From Acidobacteriota bacterium (GTDB lineage: Bacteria; Acidobacteriota; Blastocatellia; RBC074): a stretch of DNA of 64,000 nt. The position numbers and the translations under genes are program-made. The stretch is taken from contig JAFDVL010000046.1 of assembly GCA_018268995.1 (NCBI GenBank), forward strand, positions 117,715 to 181,714. The letters run 5' to 3'. This document shows, in pieces, positions 18,717-27,857 of this stretch. How positions within the stretch are numbered: the stretch's first letter is position 1; the number at the start of each line of letters is the position of its first letter. The notes beneath the pieces are model-generated. The model saw nothing but the letters and a program-made list of their open reading frames with translations. It was not told the DNA's origin and searched no databases.

Positions 18717-19952
18717 TCACTTCTTCAATAAATCATTCACTTCCGCCGCCGCCTTATCCAGCGATTCTTTTGACGACAACTTACCGTACAACGCCGCTTC
18801 CAGATATTTGCCGAGCGTTTGCGACAGTGCCGGATATTGCGGGATCGAAGGGCGCGTGCGGCCTGCGGGCATTTGATCGTTGTAGGCTTTGATGAATGGA
18901 TTCGCCTGCAAAAATGCCTGATAGCGCGCGTCATTCGCCGCAGATTTTGAGACAGGCAAATAGCCGGTGTTCATCGCCCAATCCACCTGAAAATCCGCGC
19001 TCATCACGAACTTCATAAACTCCCACGCCGCGCGTTCGCGTTTGTCGTTAGATTTGAAGAGGAACAACGATTCGCCGCCGATATTCGTGGCCGCGTGCTC
19101 TTTTTTCGGCAGCGGAAAAACGCCGATGTCTACGGCAGTTTGCTCTTTCAGTCCGGCATAATTCCACGGACCATTGATCGTCATGGCAATGCGTCCGGCC
19201 AGAATGTTGTCCGGTTTATAGCCTGCATCGGTTTCGGAAAAGTTGGCGAGTTTTGTGTCGTACAGCGACTTCCAAAAATCGAGTGCCGCAACGCCTGCTG
19301 GAGAATTGAAGGCCGCCTGCTTTTTGTCCGGCGTCAAAATCTCGCCGCCCGCTTGCCACAAAAAACATTGCCATGTCCACACTGTCCATTCCGACGTGCC
19401 AATCGGAATTTGAAAGCCAAACACGCCGTTGCGCGTCAGCTTTTTCGCTGCTTCGCTGAATTCTTCCCACGTGTTTGGTAGTTGTGTAATACCCACTTCG
19501 CTGAGCATTTTTTTGTTGTAGTAAATGCCCAGATTATTCGCGGAAAACGGCGTCAGGTAGCGCTTGCCCTCAAACGTGCCGAGTTCCCACAGGTAGTCGT
19601 ACACGTCGTTGTGTACATCGTCTGTAATGAAATCATCAATGTTGCGCAACGCTCCGGCTTTGGCGTACTTGGGAAAGAAAGCGGGTGACCACCAGAGCAA
19701 ATCAGGCGGCGTTTTGCCCGCGACAGCCGCATCGAGCTTTGGGCCTAATTGATCGGCTGCGCCATAGACCTGCGCATCAACGAAAATCTCAGGATGTTTT
19801 GCATTGAAAGCATCAATCTTGGCTTGCAGGATTTTGTTATTCACGCCCGATTCCATGCCGTGCCAGAAGGTAACTGTAGTGCGAGTGTTGTTGGATACAG
19901 ATGTGCAGGCGGAAAAGAATATGAGCGTTAATATTGAGAACGATTTCACCAC
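18717..19952 (-). CDS. Sugar ABC transporter extracellular solute-binding lipoprotein
   Basis: ~410 aa with a family-1 SBP-like sequence (WHGMESGVNNKILQAKIDAFNAKHPEIFVDAQ...). The likely start is the GTG at 19952 or 19949 (VKSFSILTLIFFSAC, a lipobox). The ORF track extends to 20057 through a palindromic repeat, so the start is uncertain. Confidence 0.75.
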   Translation of the reverse strand: MVKSFSILTLIFFSACTSVSNNTRTTVTFWHGMESGVNNKILQAKIDAFNAKHPEIFVDAQVYGAADQLGPKLDAAVAGKTPPDLLWWSPAFFPKYAKAGALRNIDDFITDDVHNDVYDYLWELGTFEGKRYLTPFSANNLGIYYNKKMLSEVGITQLPNTWEEFSEAAKKLTRNGVFGFQIPIGTSEWTVWTWQCFLWQAGGEILTPDKKQAAFNSPAGVAALDFWKSLYDTKLANFSETDAGYKPDNILAGRIAMTINGPWNYAGLKEQTAVDIGVFPLPKKEHAATNIGGESLFLFKSNDKRERAAWEFMKFVMSADFQVDWAMNTGYLPVSKSAANDARYQAFLQANPFIKAYNDQMPAGRTRPSIPQYPALSQTLGKYLEAALYGKLSSKESLDKAAAEVNDLLKK

Positions 19953-20023
19953 AGAGTTGACACAGAGAATCACAGCGGGAAACTCTGCGTGTCTCTGTGA
20001 TTCCTCTGTGCCTCTCTGTGGTG
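19947..20023. repeat. CAGAG-rich imperfect palindromic element, copy 1 of at least 2
   Basis: CACCACAGAG...cacagagaatcacag...ctctgtgattcctctgtg...CTCTGTGGTG. The terminal 10-bp inverted repeat is perfect and there are internal CACAGAG/CTCTGTG units. It lies at the 5' end of the solute-binding-protein ORF. Confidence 0.55.
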
Positions 20024-20053
20024 AAAAAAGGTTTTCGGTTTTACTCATCGCTT

Positions 20054-21151
20054 TCACACCAAAGTTTTCCCTGTCGCCATCTCAAACAACTTCGCCCGCT
20101 CCAGGTCGAACACGAGTTCAATCTGCGCATCGGTTTGTGCCTGTGTGCGGGCGGGCAATCGCACCGTGATTTCGGTGGTGCCAACCGAGCAGGTGGCAAT
20201 CACTTCGCCGCCTAACTGTTCCAGGATTTCAACGCGCGCACTGATGGAATTTCCGTCGCCAGATTTTTCGTGAATGTCTTCAGGTCGGATGCCGAGCACG
20301 GCTTTTGCGTCGCCATTCTGAAATGCCGAGGCAAGGACAGGGAATTTGCTGAGCGGCATTTTTAGATTGATTCCATCACTGACGACAAACCAATCGTTGC
20401 CGCGTTTTTCGATTTCGCCGCTGATAAAGTTCATTGGCGGCGAGCCGATAAATCCCGCGACGAATTGATTAGCCGGGTTGTTGTAAATTTCCAGCGGCGC
20501 ACCGATTTGCTGCACAACGCCGCCTTTCATGACAATCAAGCGGTCGCCCATACTCATCGCTTCGACCTGATCGTGCGTGACGTAAACCATCGTGGCTTGC
20601 AATTGTTTGTGCAGCTTGATGAGTTCGGCACGCATTGTGACGCGCATCTTAGCGTCGAGGTTGCTGAGCGGTTCATCGAAGAGGAAGAGCTTTGGCTGAC
20701 GCACAATCGCGCGCCCGACCGCGACGCGTTGCCGTTGCCCGCCTGACAGCGCGCCGGGCTTGCGTTGCAGGTATTCGGTCAGTCCCAGCACTTTCGCGGC
20801 ACTGTTCACCCGCGATTCGATTTCGGTTTTGGCGAACTTACGCATCTTCAGACCGAACGCCATGTTTTCAGCAACAGACATATGCGGGTACAATGCGTAA
20901 TTCTGAAACACGAATGCGATGTCGCGGTCTTTCGCGTGAACGGCATTGACGACTGCCTTATCAATGCTGATTTCTCCTTCCGAGATTTCTTCCAATCCCG
21001 CAATCATTCGCAGCAATGTGGATTTGCCGCAGCCCGATGGCCCGACCAGAATCACGAATTCGCCGTCGGCAATCTCTGCATTGACTTGAGATACTGCGCG
21101 CACATTGCCTGCATAAATTTTGGAGACATTACGGAGCGTCAAAGTAGCCAT
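20054..21151 (-). CDS. Sugar ABC transporter ATP-binding protein (MalK/UgpC/MsmK family)
   Basis: Contains Walker A (GPSGCGKST), the ABC signature (LSGGQRQR), Walker B ([11 protein letters not shown]) and a C-terminal MalK-like regulatory domain. Start taken at the ATG at 21151 ([13 protein letters not shown]); the ORF track starts at 21175. Confidence 0.85.
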   Translation of the reverse strand: MATLTLRNVSKIYAGNVRAVSQVNAEIADGEFVILVGPSGCGKSTLLRMIAGLEEISEGEISIDKAVVNAVHAKDRDIAFVFQNYALYPHMSVAENMAFGLKMRKFAKTEIESRVNSAAKVLGLTEYLQRKPGALSGGQRQRVAVGRAIVRQPKLFLFDEPLSNLDAKMRVTMRAELIKLHKQLQATMVYVTHDQVEAMSMGDRLIVMKGGVVQQIGAPLEIYNNPANQFVAGFIGSPPMNFISGEIEKRGNDWFVVSDGINLKMPLSKFPVLASAFQNGDAKAVLGIRPEDIHEKSGDGNSISARVEILEQLGGEVIATCSVGTTEITVRLPARTQAQTDAQIELVFDLERAKLFEMATGKTLV

Positions 21152-21182
21152 ATGGGGGACTCTTGGGAGATACAACTTTTGT

Positions 21183-22235
21183 TTAGATCCTCAATTGCAT
21201 TGAGCCATCAGCCGCGAAAGACGTTTTAATCGGATCGGTAATTCCGCCCACAAAGTTGCCTGCTTCATCTGCCCATTGAAAGCCTAATAAAGTAGGGTGT
21301 TCATCCGTTTCCGGCTTCAGTAACTTGCCCGCATAAATATTGGGCACGAGCAGGCGGGCGGGGTCAATAAATTCAGGCACTTGATTGAAATTCAATGGCA
21401 ACAATCGCGATTGCAAATAGTATGTGCCCGTTACGCAATCGCGGCCTGATTCACGTCGCCACCGCGTCCCATCTTTCTCCTGTGCGCAAAAGACGACGTA
21501 GCAATATTTGCCCGCGCCGCTTCTGCGCCAAAATACCTGCGGCACTTCCATCTGATAGAACTCATTCAGGCATTTGATGAGCGTCGGCTGATTCCATTGC
21601 TGAAGGTCAGGCGATGTGACATAGGCGATTACGCCACCGCCTTCTGCCTGATTCTGTCGCGCACAAATGAAGGCATAAAACCTGCCGTCTTCGCCCTGCA
21701 TCACGTATGGATCGCGCCACGCCACGCCGTCCAGATTTCCCCAATTGCCCGGGTTTGGAATGACGGGAGCGATTTTTGCCGCCTCTGTCCTTGTCCAATG
21801 CGACAAATCGTCCGAAACGGCGACGCCGATTTGTTGCGGGCGTTGCCATTCAGCAGGAGTTTGGAGGAGCGGATCTTCACGCCGCCGCGCCGTGTAAAAC
21901 ATCAAATAGCGGTCATTTGCTGCAATTACGCAGCCTGTCCAGATGGCAAGATTGTCCCAGGCATCTCCATTTGACGCGCGCAGCGCTGTGCCGTTTTCCT
22001 GCCAGCCATCGCGGGTCAAAATTGCGTGCCCGACTGAGGCAAGATTGTGACGTGCTTCAGGATTGAATTGGCAGTCCGCCTGATTTGCCTGCAAGTAAAA
22101 CGCATGCAGCTCTCCGCCTTTCCAGGCAAACCAGGAATCCCAGATATACTTATCTTTAGGTAACCAAGGCATAAGCAAAGCGAATACATCATCTGGCAAT
22201 GATGAAAGCCAAATCGGCGGCTTTGCCTTTCTCAT
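21183..22235 (-). CDS. 5-bladed beta-propeller glycoside hydrolase (GH32/GH43/GH68 superfamily), probably fructan-related
   Basis: 350 aa. The segments [16 protein letters not shown] and [17 protein letters not shown] resemble the Asp/RDP boxes of the GH-J/GH-F clans. It belongs to the same locus as the GH32 gene and the sugar ABC transporter. Confidence 0.6.
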   Translation of the reverse strand: MRKAKPPIWLSSLPDDVFALLMPWLPKDKYIWDSWFAWKGGELHAFYLQANQADCQFNPEARHNLASVGHAILTRDGWQENGTALRASNGDAWDNLAIWTGCVIAANDRYLMFYTARRREDPLLQTPAEWQRPQQIGVAVSDDLSHWTRTEAAKIAPVIPNPGNWGNLDGVAWRDPYVMQGEDGRFYAFICARQNQAEGGGVIAYVTSPDLQQWNQPTLIKCLNEFYQMEVPQVFWRRSGAGKYCYVVFCAQEKDGTRWRRESGRDCVTGTYYLQSRLLPLNFNQVPEFIDPARLLVPNIYAGKLLKPETDEHPTLLGFQWADEAGNFVGGITDPIKTSFAADGSMQLRI

Positions 22236-22248
22236 CAGCCTGAAGCGG

Positions 22249-24012
22249 TCACGGACGTGGCGCTTTTAAGTGTGGATCAAGTTTGTTGGCGCGTTCAAAT
22301 GCGGCTTTCGCGGCGGCGAGGCTGCCTTTCTTTTGGAGCGCAAGTCCTAAATTATAATGCGCAAGAGCGTGCTCCGGGTCAAGCGATATAGCGCGCTCGA
22401 AAAATTCGATTGCTGCCGCCAGATCGCCTTCCTTCATTTTTTGCAGACCCGTATTGGTTGCAAACGTCGCAGCCTGATTGTTGGATTTCAACTTGTTGAG
22501 TCGCGCGGCTTCGGCAAATTCAACGCGTGCGCCTTCGGCATCACCCTTTTGCCGGAGCGCCGTGCCGAGCGTGTTATGAACCTGTGGGCTGTTCGGCGCA
22601 ATGCGAATTGCTTCGCGAAACGCCGCAATCGCACCGTTCAAATCGCCTTTTTGTTGCAGCGCGGTGCCAAGCGTGTAATGCGCGTCAGCCCAATCCGGCT
22701 TGGCTTTGATCGCGCTACGAAACGCCGTGACTGCTTCATCCAGTTTGCCGATTTGCATCAACGTGATGCCGAGCGAGTAATGCGCCTCCTGCAAGCTTGG
22801 TTGTAGTGCAATGCTGCGCTGAAAGGCCGCAATTGCGGCAGCAAAATCATCTTTGTATTTGAGTGCAAGGCCCAGATTGTAGTGCGCTTCGGCATCGTTG
22901 GCGTTCAGGGCAATGAGCTTGCGATAAATTTCAATCGCGGCGTTGTAATCGCTGCGCTGAATTAACGCTAAGCCAAGGTTGTGATTACCAGCCAGATTGT
23001 TCGGGTCTTGTTTGACGACGATTTGTAACTCGGCAATCGCATTGTCGGCATCCCGTTTGTTGATGTAGGCCAGTCCCAATTGATTGTGCGCTTCCAGCAG
23101 GTTGGGGTTAAGCTTTAATGCCGTGCGAAATTCCGTAATCGCATTGTCCAAATCATCATCTGCGAGAAATGCCATGCCAAGCGCATTGTGCCCTTCAGCA
23201 ACGTTTGGATTGAGTTTGAGGGCAAGTTGTAAGGCTTCAATTGCTTCGGCGATTTTGCCTGTTTTTTGCAGACAGACACCCAAATAATACTGCGATTCAA
23301 AATGCTTCGGATTTAGCTTGGCGGCTTGGCGCAGATATTTGATCGCCTCGCCGTATTGCTGCACATACCAACGTGTGACACCCATTCGATACCACGCCTC
23401 TTGATAATCCGGCTTCAGTTTCATCGCCGTATCGAATTCAGAAACTGCCACATTCAAATTGCCTTGTCGTCCCAGCGCAAAGCCAAGTGCGTTGTGCGCT
23501 TCGGCAGAATCAGGCGCGATTTTGATGACTTCGCGGTATTCGTTGATCGCACCACCCAGGTCTGCTTTCTGTTCCAATGCAAGGCCGAGATTCAGCCGGG
23601 CTTCATTGAATTTGGGATCAAGGGCGATGGCCTCGCGAAACGCCGCAATGGCTTCGTCGGTTTGTCCCTGCTGTCCCAGCGCCATGCCCAATCCGTTTTG
23701 AGCTTCGGCAAAGGCCGGCATCAGTTGCAAGGCTGCACGAAACTCAACAACCGCACGGGCTGGGTTATTTTGTTTGAGCAAGGCAACGCCTTGTTCGTAG
23801 CGTTGCACGGCAGTGCGTTGCGCGGCTTTGGCTTGTTTCGAGGCTTTTTGTGCGATGGCTGGAAGAACAAACAAGCACAAGACGATTAGGAGCCAACAGG
23901 TTCTCTCACCGCAGAGACGCAGAGGTTGCGCAGAGGGGCGCAGAGGGGTTTCTCTGTGGCCTCTGTGTCTCTGCGGTGAAATTGATCTTTGTAAAGCCTC
24001 TACTGAATTCAT
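22249..24012 (-). CDS. TPR repeat protein, secreted
   Basis: Contains about 14 tandem 34-aa TPR units (AEAQNGLGMALGQQGQTDEAIAAFREAIALDP and others). The N-terminus overlaps the CAGAG-rich palindromic element, so the true start may lie downstream of 24012. It overlaps the upstream ASPIC gene by 4 bp. Confidence 0.7.
   Translation of the reverse strand: MNSVEALQRSISPQRHRGHRETPLRPSAQPLRLCGERTCWLLIVLCLFVLPAIAQKASKQAKAAQRTAVQRYEQGVALLKQNNPARAVVEFRAALQLMPAFAEAQNGLGMALGQQGQTDEAIAAFREAIALDPKFNEARLNLGLALEQKADLGGAINEYREVIKIAPDSAEAHNALGFALGRQGNLNVAVSEFDTAMKLKPDYQEAWYRMGVTRWYVQQYGEAIKYLRQAAKLNPKHFESQYYLGVCLQKTGKIAEAIEALQLALKLNPNVAEGHNALGMAFLADDDLDNAITEFRTALKLNPNLLEAHNQLGLAYINKRDADNAIAELQIVVKQDPNNLAGNHNLGLALIQRSDYNAAIEIYRKLIALNANDAEAHYNLGLALKYKDDFAAAIAAFQRSIALQPSLQEAHYSLGITLMQIGKLDEAVTAFRSAIKAKPDWADAHYTLGTALQQKGDLNGAIAAFREAIRIAPNSPQVHNTLGTALRQKGDAEGARVEFAEAARLNKLKSNNQAATFATNTGLQKMKEGDLAAAIEFFERAISLDPEHALAHYNLGLALQKKGSLAAAKAAFERANKLDPHLKAPRP
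23907..23978. repeat. CAGAG-rich palindromic element, copy 2
   Basis: CACCGCAGAGAC-gcagaggttgcgcagaggggcgcagaggggtttctctgtggcctctgt-GTCTCTGCGGTG. The 12-bp terminal inverted repeat is perfect and the interior has three GCAGAGG direct repeats. Same family as the element at 19947-20023. Confidence 0.55.
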
Positions 24013-25727
24013 CGCTTTATTATCCCCGAACCTTCTTTGACGTAGATTACCTGATTAGCTGCAACATCGCTCAGCGTGTCAATCGTGCCGCTTGGCCACG
24101 TCACCATAATCGTCTTTACTTTGGCGACTTTGCCCAAGCCAAAATGCGCGCGCAGATCGTTTTGCGAATAATAACTGCCGCCGCTGCGAACCTCATCAAT
24201 TAAGGTGCGCGTCTTTTGCTCTTCAGCTTCGATTTCAAGTTTGATGCGTGCGCCGATACCACTGCGATTTGATTTTGTGCCAAGTGTGCGGATCGAAAGC
24301 CAATTGTTACCTGTTGTACTGTCAGCGCGCATCAGCACAGGCGTATCATTGACCGGATTAATGACAATATCTACGTCGCCGTCATTGTCGAAGTCGCCAA
24401 AGGCACAGCCACGACTAGAAGTCGGCTCAATGATCGCGCCGCCGATGGCTTCAGTAATGTCTTTGAAGTTGCCGTTGCGCAAGTTTTGATACAGCACTTT
24501 GCGTTGTGGGTAGCCCGCTTCTGTCGTGAGCTTTTCGACTTCGGGATAGACGTGACCATTGACGAGCAAGATGTCGAGCCAGCTATCGTTGTCAAAATCC
24601 AAAAAGCCACAGCCCCAGCCGAGCCAACGCGTATTTAATCCGATGCCTGCCGTAAATGTGACATCGTCAAATGTCATCGCCGCCCCGGTTTTCGTGATGT
24701 TGCGGTACAGCGTCGAAGTGTCGCCGGAAAAGTTCGTCTTGAAAATATCAATCATTCCATCGCCATCGAAATCACCTGCGCTGACGCCCATTCCGGCTTG
24801 CGGTTTGCCGTCACCGCTGTAAGCACAGCCCGCTTCAGTTGCGATGTCAATGAACGTGCCGTTCTTTTGGTTGTGATACAAAATCGCAGGAGCGGAATCG
24901 TCCGCGACGTAAATATCCATCCAACCATCGTTGTCGAAATCGGCGGTCAGTACGCCCAATCCGTAAGTGCCATTCGTTTTCAAAATCCCGGCTTTTTCTG
25001 AAACGTCTGTAAACGTGCCGTTGCCTTCGTTGTGATACAGAACGTTTTTCGCGCCCTCCAATCCTGGTGGGCCACAGGCAACCATCACGCCTTTGTACAG
25101 GCAGGGGCCAGTTTCCGGCGTCGGCGCAGTTTTCAAATCCAGATCAATGTAGTTGGCAACAAACAAATCGAGCTTGCCGTCTTTGTCATAATCCAAAAAT
25201 GCTGCACCTGCGCCCCAGCGGGTTTTTGTGCCTGCGACGCCCGCTTTCTCTGAAACATCAGTGAAAGTTCCGTTGCCGTTGTTATGAAAGAGCGCGTTCC
25301 TGCCGTAATACGAGATGAATAAATCTTCAAATCCGTCGTTGTCGTAATCGCCGATGCAAACGGATTGCCCCCAACCTGTTTTCGCCAAGCCGGATTTCGC
25401 GGTGACATCAATGAATGAACCATCGCGGTTGTTTTTATAAAGCTTGCTGATTGGTTCCTGCCCTTTCGGAAATCCATTCAGGCGCGTTCCGTTCACAAAA
25501 AACAAATCCAGCCAGCTGTCATTGTCATAATCAAACCACGCGACGCCGCAGCCAGTGGTTTCCAGCAAATATTTGTTTTTGTGCTCGTCTCCGTAAATCG
25601 TTTTATGCGTCAGTCCCGCCTGTTTTGCGACGTTGACGAACGACACTTTGAATTCATTCGCGGGTTTTGCTTGCGCGAAAAGCAGGGAAGGGAAGATGAC
25701 GAGAAGCAGCCGTAGCACCTGATTCAT
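24009..25727 (-). CDS. FG-GAP/VCBS-repeat ASPIC-UnbV (CRTAC1-like) family protein, secreted
   Basis: Start taken at the ATG at 25727 (MNQVLRLLLVIFPSLLFAQA, a signal peptide). The protein has repeated DYDNDGxxDL FG-GAP units and a C-terminal UnbV_ASPIC-like region. Confidence 0.8.
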   Translation of the reverse strand: MNQVLRLLLVIFPSLLFAQAKPANEFKVSFVNVAKQAGLTHKTIYGDEHKNKYLLETTGCGVAWFDYDNDSWLDLFFVNGTRLNGFPKGQEPISKLYKNNRDGSFIDVTAKSGLAKTGWGQSVCIGDYDNDGFEDLFISYYGRNALFHNNGNGTFTDVSEKAGVAGTKTRWGAGAAFLDYDKDGKLDLFVANYIDLDLKTAPTPETGPCLYKGVMVACGPPGLEGAKNVLYHNEGNGTFTDVSEKAGILKTNGTYGLGVLTADFDNDGWMDIYVADDSAPAILYHNQKNGTFIDIATEAGCAYSGDGKPQAGMGVSAGDFDGDGMIDIFKTNFSGDTSTLYRNITKTGAAMTFDDVTFTAGIGLNTRWLGWGCGFLDFDNDSWLDILLVNGHVYPEVEKLTTEAGYPQRKVLYQNLRNGNFKDITEAIGGAIIEPTSSRGCAFGDFDNDGDVDIVINPVNDTPVLMRADSTTGNNWLSIRTLGTKSNRSGIGARIKLEIEAEEQKTRTLIDEVRSGGSYYSQNDLRAHFGLGKVAKVKTIMVTWPSGTIDTLSDVAANQVIYVKEGSGIIKR

Positions 25728-25904
25728 AGGCGACAAATATAGTTTGCCGTTCAGGTCGGACGCAAACCCGGTTCGCGCTTTACGATTTTGTCTGAACAGC
25801 CAGGAACTTCTGGTTGCCTCCACTGGTGAGCCTTTCTTGTTTGTGTTGCCGACTGGTATGATGCAAATGGGAACAAGATTTGGCTGTTAATAAAATTTGC
25901 TGTT

Positions 25905-27131
25905 ATGACGAATTATCTACCTCGATTACGCTCAGCCTTGGACGTATTTCCGTCGCCAGTTGAAGATCAACCGGGCTTACTTATTCGTGATCCATTTCGC
26001 TATACCGAAGACATTTTGATCATTCCGCCCGTTTTCATCAGCGCGCTGCAAATGCTGGATGGCAGGCACACTGAAACCGAAGTCCAGAATCGGTTGACAC
26101 AAGTCATTGGGCGGCCTTTCCCGATTCATCCGTTGCACGAATTTGTCGAGGTCTTGCGTATGTCGGGCTTTCTGGAAACCGAAGAATTCAATGCGATGCG
26201 AGCGCAAAAGCACGCGGAGTTTGCGGCAGAGCCGTTTCGCCTGCCATCGCACGCAGGGGCAGCTTATCCTGATTCACAAGTTGAACTGCGTTCGCGGTTG
26301 AATAATTACCTGATGACGATTGTGCCGCCGAATCCGGCCCCGATTCTGGGCATTGCTGCGCCGCATGTCAGCCCCGAAGGCGGTTGGCAATGTTATGCGG
26401 CGGCGTACAACCGATTGCGCGGATTGAAAGACAAATTGCAGGGCAAAACAATTGTGATTCTGGGTACGTCGCATTACGGCGAGCCGGAAAAATTTGGCCT
26501 GACGCGCAAAAGTTTCCAGACGCCGTATGGCACGATTGAGACCAATATGGAATTGGTTGACTGGTTGATGAAACGCGCGGGCGATGCGATCAACATTGAA
26601 GATTATTGCCATTCGGTCGAGCATTCCATCGAATTGCAAGTCGTGTTTTTGCAGCATATGTTGGGAAATGATTTCAAGATTCTGCCTGTGTTGTGCGGAG
26701 CCTTCGTGGAAAGTTTTATGTCTGGCAAACTGCCTGAAACAGGAGACGGCGTCCGAAATTTCTTTGAGGCTTTGGGCGAGATGCAGGAGCAACAAGGCGA
26801 CAATCTTTTCTGGGTCTTGGGCATTGATCTGGCGCACATCGGACAACGTTATGGAGATCCGTTAGAGGCGCGGGCTGAACAGGGCTATCTGCAGGAGGTT
26901 CGTGAAAAAGATTATGAGCGCATGCAGCAGGTTTGCGCGGGCAACAGTGGGGAATTTTTCGAGCTGGTCGTGCGTGATTATGACCCGCTGAAATGGTGCG
27001 GATTCACGCCTGTCTACACGTTTATGCAGGCGGTGAAAGGCGCGCACGGCGAAGTGCTGAAGTACGATCAGTGGAATATAGACGAAAGTTCGGTGGTGAG
27101 CTTTACAGCAATGGAATTTGCGGGGAAATGA
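25905..27131 (+). CDS. MEMO1-family protein (AmmeMemoRadiSam system protein B-like)
   Basis: 408 aa. The segments ILGIAAPHVSPEGG, GTSHYG and LGIDLAHIG are typical of the MEMO1/AmmeMemoRadiSam-B family. No partner AmmeMemoRadiSam-A or radical-SAM gene is present in the window. Confidence 0.75.
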   Translation: MTNYLPRLRSALDVFPSPVEDQPGLLIRDPFRYTEDILIIPPVFISALQMLDGRHTETEVQNRLTQVIGRPFPIHPLHEFVEVLRMSGFLETEEFNAMRAQKHAEFAAEPFRLPSHAGAAYPDSQVELRSRLNNYLMTIVPPNPAPILGIAAPHVSPEGGWQCYAAAYNRLRGLKDKLQGKTIVILGTSHYGEPEKFGLTRKSFQTPYGTIETNMELVDWLMKRAGDAINIEDYCHSVEHSIELQVVFLQHMLGNDFKILPVLCGAFVESFMSGKLPETGDGVRNFFEALGEMQEQQGDNLFWVLGIDLAHIGQRYGDPLEARAEQGYLQEVREKDYERMQQVCAGNSGEFFELVVRDYDPLKWCGFTPVYTFMQAVKGAHGEVLKYDQWNIDESSVVSFTAMEFAGK

Positions 27132-27230
27132 TTTCGCCTAACCCACAAATCCTGTATGCTTGCTGGCAACCTAGTAGTCGAGAAATGATACAAGCACCCG
27201 TGCGAAGGGAGGGACAAACCTGACTACGCG

Positions 27231-27839
27231 ATGAAAAAGCTGAGTAACCTTTTCACGATTACCCCAGAGCAAGTGCTTTCCGCATATCAGCACGGCATGT
27301 TTCCGATGGCGCGCGGACGCTACGGCGAAATCCATTGGTATATCTCAGAACCGCGCGCAATTATTCCGCTTGATAAGTTTGTGATGCGGCGATCTTTGCG
27401 CAAGGCTTATCAAAAGAAACCGTATAAGATCGCTTTCGACACAGCCTTTCAGTCTGTTATTCGTGCCTGTGCCCGGCATCGCGAAGTTCATGGCGAAGAA
27501 GTGTGGCTCAGCGATGAAATGATTGAATTGTATTCCGAATTGTTTCGTCGCGGAAACGCACATTCTGTTGAGGTTTGGGAGGATGAGAAGCTGGTAGGCG
27601 GCTTATATGGGATTGCGATGAAGGCTGCGTTCTTTGGAGAATCTATGTTTAGCCGTGTACCATTTGCCTCACAATTTGCTTTAGTCGCTTTGGTTGAGCG
27701 GCTTCGGCAACAAGGATTTATCTTGCTGGATGCACAAGTTATGACACCTCATCTGTCCCAGTTTGGGGCCATTGAACTGACGCACGATGAATATATGACA
27801 ATTCTGATTCAGGCCCTGCACGAGGATCGAACCTTCTAA
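27231..27839 (+). CDS. aat: Leucyl/phenylalanyl-tRNA--protein transferase
   Basis: 202 aa. Reads LSAYQHGMFPMARG...EVWEDEKLVGGLYGIAMKAAFFGESMFS, the characteristic Aat fold motifs. Confidence 0.8.
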   Translation: MKKLSNLFTITPEQVLSAYQHGMFPMARGRYGEIHWYISEPRAIIPLDKFVMRRSLRKAYQKKPYKIAFDTAFQSVIRACARHREVHGEEVWLSDEMIELYSELFRRGNAHSVEVWEDEKLVGGLYGIAMKAAFFGESMFSRVPFASQFALVALVERLRQQGFILLDAQVMTPHLSQFGAIELTHDEYMTILIQALHEDRTF

Positions 27840-27857
27840 CTGATACCTGCTCCAAAC

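Noticed and set aside
23326-23889. 187-aa + strand ORF
   Set aside because: Antisense to the 14-repeat TPR gene. TPR genes in GC-rich genomes routinely carry long antisense open frames.
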